From Deltaproteobacteria bacterium (GTDB taxonomy: Bacteria; JAGRBM01; JAHCIT01): a stretch of DNA of 20,000 nucleotides. The translations under genes and the position numbers were made by a program. A model generated the notes under the pieces. The model searched no databases and was not told the DNA's origin. It was given only the letters and a program-made list of their open reading frames with translations. Positions 1-7,896 of the stretch are shown one piece after another (position 1 is the first letter of the stretch; each line of letters starts with the position of its first letter). The stretch lies in contig JAHCIT010000006.1 in assembly GCA_026129095.1 (NCBI GenBank), forward strand, positions 239,611-259,610, given 5' to 3'.

Positions 1-1506
1 CCTGGGCGGTTGAGGCTTCTGCGCCGGTCTCGGAGGCGGCAGCGGCTGTTTCGGCCTTGGTCGTGGACGCGGCAGTGTATCGAGCTTCTCGATGGCGGCC
101 TTCAGGCGATTCACCGCATCGGGAACCTCTTCAGGCGCCAGATCCATCATGGACACGGCAAAATAGGGCGATTCGCCAAACTCCGGATCAAAAAGTTCAC
201 CCGGCCAGATGCCGATCCTGTGTTCGAGTGCCACATCGGCAAGCTGGTGCGTGGGTCGCCCGCTTCTCAGTTTCAGCCACAGGAAGTGCCCTCCACGCGG
301 GGCATGGTACTCGACCAGTTCCTTCAGCCAGCCTTCGATCCCCTGGAGCCAGGCTTCGCGGCGCTTGCGCAGCATCACCCGGAGCCGGTCAAGGTAGACG
401 TTCCATCCGGCATGGTTCAGCAGCCTCGCGGCAATCTCCTGCGGAATCCGCCCAGCACTGGCGCCGACCGTCTCCATGTACCGGACCAGCCGCTCCTTGA
501 TGGGCCCGGGCAGCGCCATTCCCGCCACCGGAAGCGTTGGCGAAACGAGCATTTCCAGATCGACCAGGTGGATCTTCATCAGGCCCGGCGGTGGCGGGAT
601 GGGCCGAGGTGGCGGAGCGCCATAGAACACCAGACGGTACGGGTCATCCTCTACCAGGATTACCCCGCGCCGGGCGCAAACCTCGGCGATCTCCTGCCGG
701 CGGCGGTCAAACAGCACCGCGTCATCAGGCTCGCGGTAGGTCGGATTGAGATAGACGAACCGGATGTCACCGGCCTGAAGTCGCCTGTCGAGTCCTCCCG
801 GCGCAATACCATCGGCATCCGATCGGGCGACCTCAACCCGGGCGCCAGCCGACTTGAATGCATGAATGGCACGGGCGCGTGTGAGTGGCTCCACCAGAAC
901 CGTTGAACCGGGGTCGATCAGCGCTAGTGCCAGGAGTTTCAGCGAGTGCCCGACACCCTGTGTCACGAACATCTCGTTATCCGTGACCGGCAGCCCTTCA
1001 CGGGTAAGGAGCCGTGCAAACCCCTCGCGAAGGGAAACGATACCGTCAACGGGAGCCTGCTCCATGAGCTGAACAGCCTTGGGGAGTCCCGCGATGGCCT
1101 CGACCCAGACGGGGTCGCGCTCGACTTCCTTCACACCATGCACGCCGAGCGGCACCAGTACACCTTCCGCCCCTTTTACCTTGCTGATCCATTCCTTCAG
1201 CGGATCGCGGCGCGGCATCCCGGTGTTGAGCGTCCGGGCAAACTGAACCTGCGGTCCGCGTGGCGCATCCGGCAACTGGCGCCGGGGATCACCCCGTTCC
1301 TCACGCTGCACCTCCGGCCGGGGCCCACCCTTGCGATCGCGGCCGCGGCGGCGATTGCGGTTTCGGCCCTCACGCGAAGGCCGGTCGCCGCGGGGCGAAC
1401 CGGTTGCCAGTGTTCCTTCAGCTCGCACTCCGGGTTGCACGGCAGGAGTTGCTACCGGAGGAGTCGCTGGAGCTGGCGGCGTGTTGTTCTGCTGTTCGTC
1501 ACTCAT
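1..1506 (-). CDS. Aminotransferase class I/II (MocR/ARO8-like) fold protein with degenerate active site, Arg/Pro-rich N-terminal extension and Pro-rich C-tail; 3' end outside the window
   Basis: Manual translation: open frame from ATG 1506 (MSDEQQNNTPPAPATPP...) to the window edge, 502 codons with no stop. It is absent from the ORF track, presumably because the stop is off-window. Family motifs: FVTQGVGHSLKLLALALIDPGSTVLVEP, RFVYLNPTYREP, ILVEDDPY, PRGGHFLWL, WPGELF. Confidence 0.85.
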   Translation of the reverse strand, partial: MSDEQQNNTPPAPATPPVATPAVQPGVRAEGTLATGSPRGDRPSREGRNRNRRRGRDRKGGPRPEVQREERGDPRRQLPDAPRGPQVQFARTLNTGMPRRDPLKEWISKVKGAEGVLVPLGVHGVKEVERDPVWVEAIAGLPKAVQLMEQAPVDGIVSLREGFARLLTREGLPVTDNEMFVTQGVGHSLKLLALALIDPGSTVLVEPLTRARAIHAFKSAGARVEVARSDADGIAPGGLDRRLQAGDIRFVYLNPTYREPDDAVLFDRRRQEIAEVCARRGVILVEDDPYRLVFYGAPPPRPIPPPPGLMKIHLVDLEMLVSPTLPVAGMALPGPIKERLVRYMETVGASAGRIPQEIAARLLNHAGWNVYLDRLRVMLRKRREAWLQGIEGWLKELVEYHAPRGGHFLWLKLRSGRPTHQLADVALEHRIGIWPGELFDPEFGESPYFAVSMMDLAPEEVPDAVNRLKAAIEKLDTLPRPRPRPKQPLPPPRPAQKPQPPR

Positions 1507-1570
1507 TCGTTATTACCTGGGCCACTGCCTGGCTTTCTCATGCCACTTCGTTGCGTCATGGAGCAAGTTC

Positions 1571-2059
1571 TCATTTGCTCCACGGGGAGGGGGGATACGG
1601 ATCAGCGATGGTCTGGGGCCGCCGGGGCAGCAGCACACGTCTCCGGAGGACCAGCACCTTTTCGGATTTCTGGTTCCATGCACGGGTCTCCACGTAAATG
1701 ATTCCCCGGTCGCTCTTGGTCGTGGAGGGGATCACGTCCAGCACCTCGGTTTCGGCATACAGCGTGTCGCCGTGGAAAGTGGGGCCCATATGCTTCACGG
1801 TTTCATATTCGAGATTTGCAATACAGATTTCCGACACGTCCTTCACGCTCATCCCGACGACGATTGAAAAGACGAGGGTGCCGTTGACCAGCCGTTGCCC
1901 ATGCTGCGACTTCGAGCCCCAGTAGGCATCAAAATGCAGGGGATTCGTGTTCATCGTCAGCAGCGTGAACCAGGTGTCGTCCGCCTCGGTGACAGTCCGC
2001 CCCGGCCAGTGCCGGATCACTTCACCCCTGGCGAAATCCTCGAAGTATTTCTGGGCCAT
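1571..2059 (-). CDS. MaoC-family (hot-dog fold) dehydratase / (R)-enoyl-CoA hydratase
   Basis: Motifs YFEDF..GE.I.H..GRTVTEAD..WF..LTMN.NPLHFD and P.FHGDTLYAETEVL. GGAT-type SD; 13 nt downstream of the acyl-CoA dehydrogenase stop. Confidence 0.92.
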   Translation of the reverse strand: MAQKYFEDFARGEVIRHWPGRTVTEADDTWFTLLTMNTNPLHFDAYWGSKSQHGQRLVNGTLVFSIVVGMSVKDVSEICIANLEYETVKHMGPTFHGDTLYAETEVLDVIPSTTKSDRGIIYVETRAWNQKSEKVLVLRRRVLLPRRPQTIADPYPPSPWSK

Positions 2060-2072
2060 GCCGGAGCATCCT

Positions 2073-3248
2073 CTAGTCGATCGAATACCGTTTCCTGATC
2101 TGCCGGGCGATTACCGTCTGGAGAATCTCGTTCGTCCCTTCGCCGACGGTCATCAATGGTGCATCCCGGTAGTACCGCTCAACATCGAACTCGCTGGTAT
2201 ACCCGTAACCGCCGTGGAGCTGGATGCCCTCGAACGAGTGCCGTGCACAGGCCGATGATGCAAACAGCTTGGCCATGCCGCTTTCCAGATCACATCTCTG
2301 GCCCCGGTCTTTCTTCCGGGCGGCGTCGAGCGTCAAAAGCCGCGCCGCCTGCAGATCCGTCTGCATGAACGCCAGTTTCTGCTGGACGAGCTGGTGCTCG
2401 ATGAGAGGCTTTCCGAATGTCACGCGCTCCTGCGCATATCTGGCCGAATCCTCGAAGATGGCCCGCAACACACCCACGGCCCGGGCAGCCACGTTGATAC
2501 GGCCTGTCTCCAGGCCGTCCATCACCTGATAGAAGCCCTTGCCTTCCGACCCGCCTACGAGGTTTGCCGCCGGGACGCGGACATTCTCGAAGGTGAGCTC
2601 GCAGGTTTCTATCCCCTTGTAACCCAGCTTCTTGATATTCCTGCTCACGGTAAAGCCGGGGTCACCCTTTTCGAATATGAACGCGCTGATTCCCTTGTAG
2701 GCCGGATCAGTGTTCATGTCGGTTTTCACAACAAGCAGATAGGTGTTTCCGTACGAGCCGTTCGTGATCCACATCTTCGAGCCGTTCACGATGTAGTGGT
2801 CACCAGCTTTAACGGCCCGGCAGCGGATTCCTGCGACGTCGGATCCTCCTTGCGCCTCTGAAAGCGCCAATCCGCCACGCATCTCGCCGGTGGCAAACCG
2901 GGGCAGGTATTTCCTTTTCTGGTCCTCGGTCCCGTAGTTTTTCACCACATAGGCCATGATGAGATGCGTGTTGATAAACCCCGACAGCGACATCCAGACA
3001 CGCGATAGTTCCTCATTAATGAGGGCATAAGTGTAGTAGTCGAGACCCAGGCCCCCGTATTCGGCCGGTATCGTCGCCCCGAACAGACCGAGCCTTTTCA
3101 GTCCATCCACGAACTCCGCGGGATACTCGTCGGCGTGCTCGTAGTGCTGGACCTTGGGCTTCACATCCTTTTCCAGCCAGCGGCGGATGGCATCCAGCAG
3201 CGCCCGCTGGTCCTCGTTCATCAGCGTTTCGTCAATCGCACGTTGCAT
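2073..3248 (-). CDS. Acyl-CoA dehydrogenase
   Basis: LALSEAQGGSD, NGSKMWITNG, KKLGYKG, QLHGGYGY, ERYYRDA and catalytic-position GEGTNEI; 391 aa. An alternative start at 3221 is possible. Confidence 0.96.
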   Translation of the reverse strand: MQRAIDETLMNEDQRALLDAIRRWLEKDVKPKVQHYEHADEYPAEFVDGLKRLGLFGATIPAEYGGLGLDYYTYALINEELSRVWMSLSGFINTHLIMAYVVKNYGTEDQKRKYLPRFATGEMRGGLALSEAQGGSDVAGIRCRAVKAGDHYIVNGSKMWITNGSYGNTYLLVVKTDMNTDPAYKGISAFIFEKGDPGFTVSRNIKKLGYKGIETCELTFENVRVPAANLVGGSEGKGFYQVMDGLETGRINVAARAVGVLRAIFEDSARYAQERVTFGKPLIEHQLVQQKLAFMQTDLQAARLLTLDAARKKDRGQRCDLESGMAKLFASSACARHSFEGIQLHGGYGYTSEFDVERYYRDAPLMTVGEGTNEILQTVIARQIRKRYSID

Positions 3249-3324
3249 GGGATTCCGGGAGACTCCTCGCCCCTTGCAGGGGCCGGAGAACTTAGGGGAA
3301 CCGGGGGCCGGAGGGCAAACTCCC

Positions 3325-4647
3325 TCAGCCGAATACCAGATCCACCTTGATGCCGAACTCGTCGGCCTTTTTCTTGAACCGGGGCGCCTGGGAGATCAGG
3401 AAGGCAAACACGTCAAAATGAGGATCAAACATCTTCGACATGCCCTCGAAGGTCGCGTAGGCGACCGAGATCATCGTAGCGTCGGAATCGAACGGCATGC
3501 GGTACTTGAAGGCGAGCTGGAAGGTTCGCATCATCATCTCGCCGAACTCGATCTCGCTGTGCTTGCGGCCGCGCATCATGTCCAGCACTCCATCGATATC
3601 ACGGGTAAAGGCCCTGAACTCCTCCGGTGTGCCAGGAAAGCCGTAGGCCTCGTCGAGCGCAGCAGCCATCTTCTCGGCGCTCAGCCCCCAGAGGGCAAAA
3701 TTCACCTTGTAATGGCTCAGGAGGTATGTGGGCTTGATCTGGGTGATCAGCCCCAGATCGATCATCACGACACCGCCATCCGGCTGGAACCACAGGTTGC
3801 CGGGGTGCATGTCGGAGTGGATGAAAAGGTCTTCGAAGGCCATCTTGATATAAACCTCGAAGAGCCGCTTGGCCATTTCAGTGGGTGACAGCGCCAGCTT
3901 GCCCGGCGCGGTTACCTCCTCGATCCGCGCCCCGCGGACGAACTCCATCGTGAGGACTTCCTCGGAGCAGAACTCCGCATAGAGCTTCGGAATCTTCATC
4001 CACTGAACACCGGCGAAGTTCTTCTGGAACCGGCGGTTGTTTTCGGCCTCGACCCGGAGGTCGGTCTGGGCACGAATCGCCGCGCCGAACTCGGCGACCT
4101 GCTTGCCTGCCTGCGCCAGCGTAATGACCGGCAGCCGGTCCAGTATCCAGGCGAAAAATCCGGCAATGGCGAGATCACGGTCCACCTGCTCGCGGATATT
4201 CGGCCGGAGGACCTTGACTGCCACCTCCTCGCCGGACTTGAGATGCGCATGATGTACCTGTGCCACGCTGGCGGCAGCAACCGGCACATTGTCGAAGTCA
4301 GCATAGATATCCGCGATCGGGCGTCCGAAGTTGCGCCGAACTGCTTCCTCAACCTTCCGGAACGGAAACGGGGGGACCCGGTCCTGCAAGTGCTTCAGCT
4401 CCCCAACCAGATCGGGGGGCAGGAGATCGGGCCGGGATGATAAAATCTGCCCCAGCTTGATGAAGGTTGCTCCCATCCGCTGAAGCAGCATGCGCAGCGA
4501 ACGGTATATTTTCCGGTTCCGCCACTCGATGCGCTTTTCGCGTGTCGGACCACCCACGAACCATCCGGCAACCCGGTAAAACAGGAATTGAAACAGGAAA
4601 ACGGTGACCTGCAGATAAAGCCGCACCGCATTGAGCAGCGTCTTCAT
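3325..4647 (-). CDS. UbiB/AarF/ABC1 atypical protein-kinase-like protein
   Basis: KxGQ motif (FIKLGQILS), Ala-rich loop VAAASVAQVH, VAVKV, HSDMHPGN, DLG. Start moved to ATG 4647 (MKTLLNAVRL...; 440 aa) because the longer 4758 start overlaps the divergent promoter. Confidence 0.92.
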   Translation of the reverse strand: MKTLLNAVRLYLQVTVFLFQFLFYRVAGWFVGGPTREKRIEWRNRKIYRSLRMLLQRMGATFIKLGQILSSRPDLLPPDLVGELKHLQDRVPPFPFRKVEEAVRRNFGRPIADIYADFDNVPVAAASVAQVHHAHLKSGEEVAVKVLRPNIREQVDRDLAIAGFFAWILDRLPVITLAQAGKQVAEFGAAIRAQTDLRVEAENNRRFQKNFAGVQWMKIPKLYAEFCSEEVLTMEFVRGARIEEVTAPGKLALSPTEMAKRLFEVYIKMAFEDLFIHSDMHPGNLWFQPDGGVVMIDLGLITQIKPTYLLSHYKVNFALWGLSAEKMAAALDEAYGFPGTPEEFRAFTRDIDGVLDMMRGRKHSEIEFGEMMMRTFQLAFKYRMPFDSDATMISVAYATFEGMSKMFDPHFDVFAFLISQAPRFKKKADEFGIKVDLVFG

Positions 4648-4720
4648 AGGAACCACAAAACTCCGGACCGGCCTTATTAAGGGTTCCCTGTATATTAGGC
4701 AAATGAAGCAGCCCCGTGCA

Positions 4721-4749
4721 TTTCTTCCGGCGGGAAGCCCCTCTATCCT
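4721..4749 (+). promoter_or_regulatory. Putative sigma70-type promoter of GT-C paralog 1 (TTTCTT-N17-TATCCT)
   Basis: The same architecture is conserved upstream of paralog 2 (6262-6290). The -10-like hexamer ends 11 nt before ATG 4761. Confidence 0.5.
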
Positions 4750-4760
4750 TGTCCCCACAC

Positions 4761-6236
4761 ATGAGGAAGTGGCTTCAACGGGTAGTGGATTTCCTTGAGG
4801 AACTGCTCGACATCCCCTCTTCCGCCTGGAAGTGGCTGGCGCCCACCCTGCTCGTCTCCATCATTGCCCTCGGATGGCTGCTCTACCCGCTGGGGATACA
4901 CGCCGACGACTATCTGGAGGCCCTCACGGCCCGCCGTTCCGGCTGGAAGCAGTTGCTGACCTTCCAGGGAGCCCCAGTTCCGCTGCTGCTGTCGGTGTGG
5001 AAACTGGCCCTCCCATTCAGTGACGGACCGCCGTCAGGCATCCTGAGAGTTGCAGCGGCTACCGTGCACATAATCAATTCGGTCCTGGTTTATGCAGCTC
5101 TGTGTGGCATCTTCTCCAGGTATACGCGGCTCGCGGCGGCTATGACTTTTTTCGCCTATCGCGGCGGCAACTGGGTGCTGCTCTGGGCAGCGACTTTCAA
5201 GGACGCACTAATGACCCTGTTTGTCCTGCTGGCGGTCATCCTGTGGCGGCGCGGGATGGAACACCCACGCTGCCGGCTCTGGGCCAGCCTGCCCGCTGCC
5301 GCCGCCATGATGTGCAAACCCACTGCCATCGTGCTCGCGCCGCTGCTGCTACTCCACCAGCTCTGGATGGAGGACCGCGATAGCTGGACCCTTCGCTTGC
5401 AAAAGGCTGCCGGCGGGCTGCTACTCGTTTCCTCCGTTCTGGGCGCCCTCCTGGCCAATGCGCTTCTCAACCCCGGTATCTGGTCCGGTTACACACCGGG
5501 CCGCGGCCTGCCGGACATCGAATACGCCCCGCTCTATCTGGCCGGAATGTATAGCTACCTGGCGGCTTGGTCCCTGCTGCCGGTCAGTCCAGATCTGGAT
5601 ATCCAGAGCCAATCGTGGCTCGCGGCCTCAGGCTTCATCATCATCTGCGGAATCGCTGCCGCGTTTTTCCGTTTCGACAGGATGGTGAAATGGGGAATTG
5701 CCTGGCATGCCGCCTTCACCGCCCTTCCCCTTTATGCCAACGGAGGCATGCCCTCGCCGCACTATTCCTACGCAGCGGCATTCGGGCTAACGCTGGCAGT
5801 ATTCCGCGCTGGTGGTCTCGTTTACAGGCGGAGCTCAGGTGCCCGGCCGGCCATTCTGGTGGTGGGAATACTCTGGCTGGCGGGCACACTGGTCCATTGG
5901 CCGTCCGATCTGAGGCTTTTTCACCGCATGGGCAAGGCAGGCCAGGATGCACGCCATGTGATCCTGGCTCATAAAGATGACGTGCTGGCATCCGGCAGGG
6001 TATATGCGACGAGCCCACATCCACGCCTGCTCCCGCTTATGACAGTTAACAGCCACCTTTTCGAGTTTGAGCTGGGCAATCCAGTCAGAGTCGTCCACCC
6101 GCAATCGCCCGCCTGTCCGGCAACCGATGGCATTCCCTGCCTGTACCTGGCACATTCAAAAGCCGAGTTAGCCGCCTGCACCAGTAACGCTGCCGATAGC
6201 TGCATGATATGGACGCCCGCCACCCGTAATCCTTAA
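4761..6236 (+). CDS. Multi-pass membrane protein, GT-C-like glycosyltransferase (PMT/ArnT-like architecture), paralog 1
   Basis: About 10 hydrophobic segments, a di-acidic HADDY motif after the first TM, and a soluble C-terminal domain with 4 Cys. Start 4761 gives 491 aa, the same length and register as paralog 2. Confidence 0.7.
   Translation: MRKWLQRVVDFLEELLDIPSSAWKWLAPTLLVSIIALGWLLYPLGIHADDYLEALTARRSGWKQLLTFQGAPVPLLLSVWKLALPFSDGPPSGILRVAAATVHIINSVLVYAALCGIFSRYTRLAAAMTFFAYRGGNWVLLWAATFKDALMTLFVLLAVILWRRGMEHPRCRLWASLPAAAAMMCKPTAIVLAPLLLLHQLWMEDRDSWTLRLQKAAGGLLLVSSVLGALLANALLNPGIWSGYTPGRGLPDIEYAPLYLAGMYSYLAAWSLLPVSPDLDIQSQSWLAASGFIIICGIAAAFFRFDRMVKWGIAWHAAFTALPLYANGGMPSPHYSYAAAFGLTLAVFRAGGLVYRRSSGARPAILVVGILWLAGTLVHWPSDLRLFHRMGKAGQDARHVILAHKDDVLASGRVYATSPHPRLLPLMTVNSHLFEFELGNPVRVVHPQSPACPATDGIPCLYLAHSKAELAACTSNAADSCMIWTPATRNP
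5211..5481 (+). repeat. 271-bp perfect direct repeat, copy 1 (copy 2 at 6756-7026)
   Basis: Base-by-base comparison from atgaccctgtttgtc... to ...aaccccggtatct shows no mismatch; offset 1545 bp. Confidence 0.95.
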
Positions 6237-6261
6237 AAGCGCAAGCCGGGAAACCAAACGG

Positions 6262-6290
6262 TTTCTTCCGGCGGAAGTCCACACTATTCT
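6262..6290 (+). promoter_or_regulatory. Putative sigma70-type promoter of GT-C paralog 2 (TTTCTT-N17-TATTCT)
   Basis: Homologous to 4721-4749; contains the CTTCC-GGC-GGAAG dyad. Confidence 0.5.
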
Positions 6291-6305
6291 TTTCCAACCA
6301 GACAG

Positions 6306-7781
6306 ATGGCGAACCACTCCCTCCATGCAGGAGCTTCCCTGAAAGAGTTCCTCGATATACCTGCTTCCGCGTGGAAATGGCTGGCACCAATGGCCCTTAT
6401 CGCTGGCATCCTGCTGGCGTGGCTGGTCTATCCTTTGGGCCTCCACTGCGACGATTACTGGGAGGCCCTCGTTGCCCGCCAGATCTCCTGGCTGGAGTTG
6501 CTGACTTTCCAAGGCGCACCCATTCCCATTCATCTTGGTATCTGGAAGCTGGCATTGCCTTTCAGCGAGGGCCCCCCGTCCGGGATACTCCGGGCCGTAT
6601 CGGTATTCGTGCATGTGGCGAATTCGATCCTTGTGTATTCCGCCCTTCGCGACCTGTTTTCCCGGCAAACCAGGGTTGCTGCCGCGTTTGCATTTTTGGC
6701 CTACCGGTGTGGCAACACGGTCCTGTTCTGGGCTCCGACCCTGAAGGATTCCCTGATGACCCTGTTTGTCCTGCTGGCGGTCATCCTGTGGCGGCGCGGG
6801 ATGGAACACCCACGCTGCCGGCTCTGGGCCAGCCTGCCCGCTGCCGCCGCCATGATGTGCAAACCCACTGCCATCGTGCTCGCGCCGCTGCTGCTACTCC
6901 ACCAGCTCTGGATGGAGGACCGCGATAGCTGGACCCTTCGCTTGCAAAAGGCTGCCGGCGGGCTGCTACTCGTTTCCTCCGTTCTGGGCGCCCTCCTGGC
7001 CAATGCGCTTCTCAACCCCGGTATCTACTCCGATCATTCGGCTGGAGTAACGATGCCTGCCGTTGAATCTGTCCCGCTGTATCTTCTCGGCCATTTCAAC
7101 AACTACGCGGCCTGGTCGCTACTGCCCGTCATTCCAGACCTGGGGATTCTCAGCCACGCGTGGATTTCGGTTGCCGGTACCCTGCTCTTTTTCGGAGCGG
7201 CCGCCGGGTTTTTCTGGTTTGACCGGAAAGTGAAATGGGGAATCGCCTGGTACACGGCTTTTGTGCTGCTTCCTCTATACGCCAACGGCGGCTCGCCCGC
7301 ACCCCACTATTCCTATGCCGCTGCATTTGGCCTGCTGCTCGCCATATTTCGGTCAGGACAAATCCTGCTGGCCCATATACCGCAGATGCAGCCGGTAGTT
7401 CTGGCTGCCGGACTTATCTGGCTTACCGCAACGACATTCCACTGGCCCAGCGACCTGCGCCATTTTCGCGTCGCCGGAAAGGTGGGACTGGATACCCGGC
7501 ACCAGCTTATCCTTCACCAGAACGAACTGCTGGATGCTGGGTCATACTACCTCACCGGTGCCAAACTCCCCCTGCCGCCGCTACTTGTGGCTGAAACCCG
7601 CATGATCGAGTTCGATCTGGGTCAGACGCTCCAGACCCGGCGTCCCCCGAACGGCGAGTGTCCCCATGAGAATGCATACCCCTGTATCAGCATGATCTCG
7701 AAAATATCGGATGCTTATGCCTGCGCCGATACACCTCCGGGCGGGTGCATTACCTATGTATCCGCACGTCGATCTCCTTAA
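6306..7781 (+). CDS. Multi-pass membrane protein, GT-C-like glycosyltransferase, paralog 2
   Basis: Collinear paralog of 4761-6236, with HCDDY motif, the same TM pattern and the same C-x7-C-x12-C-x7-C tail; 491 aa. Confidence 0.7.
   Translation: MANHSLHAGASLKEFLDIPASAWKWLAPMALIAGILLAWLVYPLGLHCDDYWEALVARQISWLELLTFQGAPIPIHLGIWKLALPFSEGPPSGILRAVSVFVHVANSILVYSALRDLFSRQTRVAAAFAFLAYRCGNTVLFWAPTLKDSLMTLFVLLAVILWRRGMEHPRCRLWASLPAAAAMMCKPTAIVLAPLLLLHQLWMEDRDSWTLRLQKAAGGLLLVSSVLGALLANALLNPGIYSDHSAGVTMPAVESVPLYLLGHFNNYAAWSLLPVIPDLGILSHAWISVAGTLLFFGAAAGFFWFDRKVKWGIAWYTAFVLLPLYANGGSPAPHYSYAAAFGLLLAIFRSGQILLAHIPQMQPVVLAAGLIWLTATTFHWPSDLRHFRVAGKVGLDTRHQLILHQNELLDAGSYYLTGAKLPLPPLLVAETRMIEFDLGQTLQTRRPPNGECPHENAYPCISMISKISDAYACADTPPGGCITYVSARRSP
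6756..7026 (+). repeat. 271-bp perfect direct repeat, copy 2
   Basis: Identical to 5211-5481. Confidence 0.95.
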
Positions 7782-7896
7782 AACACATCGAATTGCCTGA
7801 TACGGGCCATTATACGTGTGACACGTCCTGACATATGCCCGTGTCATGATCTCCTCGTGGCCGCCGCAAACGGTCGCAGGAAGGCAGGGCAAAGAA

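Noticed and set aside
1-1506. Calling the degenerate aminotransferase a pseudogene or a MocR transcription factor
   Set aside because: There is no stop or frameshift in 502 codons, and no N-terminal wHTH; the N-terminus is low-complexity instead.
10-1701. Long plus-strand ORFs 10-906 and 946-1701
   Set aside because: Antisense shadows of the minus-strand aminotransferase-fold gene (1506 to <1) and MaoC; they show no family motifs.
4648-4760. Extended starts for the UbiB kinase (4758) and GT-C paralog 1 (4716)
   Set aside because: They overlap each other head-to-head and cover the promoter. Paralog alignment supports 4761, and ATG 4647 fits the kinase.
5211-7026. 271-bp repeat as a DGR template/variable pair or IS remnant
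   Set aside because: No adenine-specific mismatches, no reverse transcriptase or transposase, no terminal inverted repeats; both copies are in-frame parts of paralogous genes.
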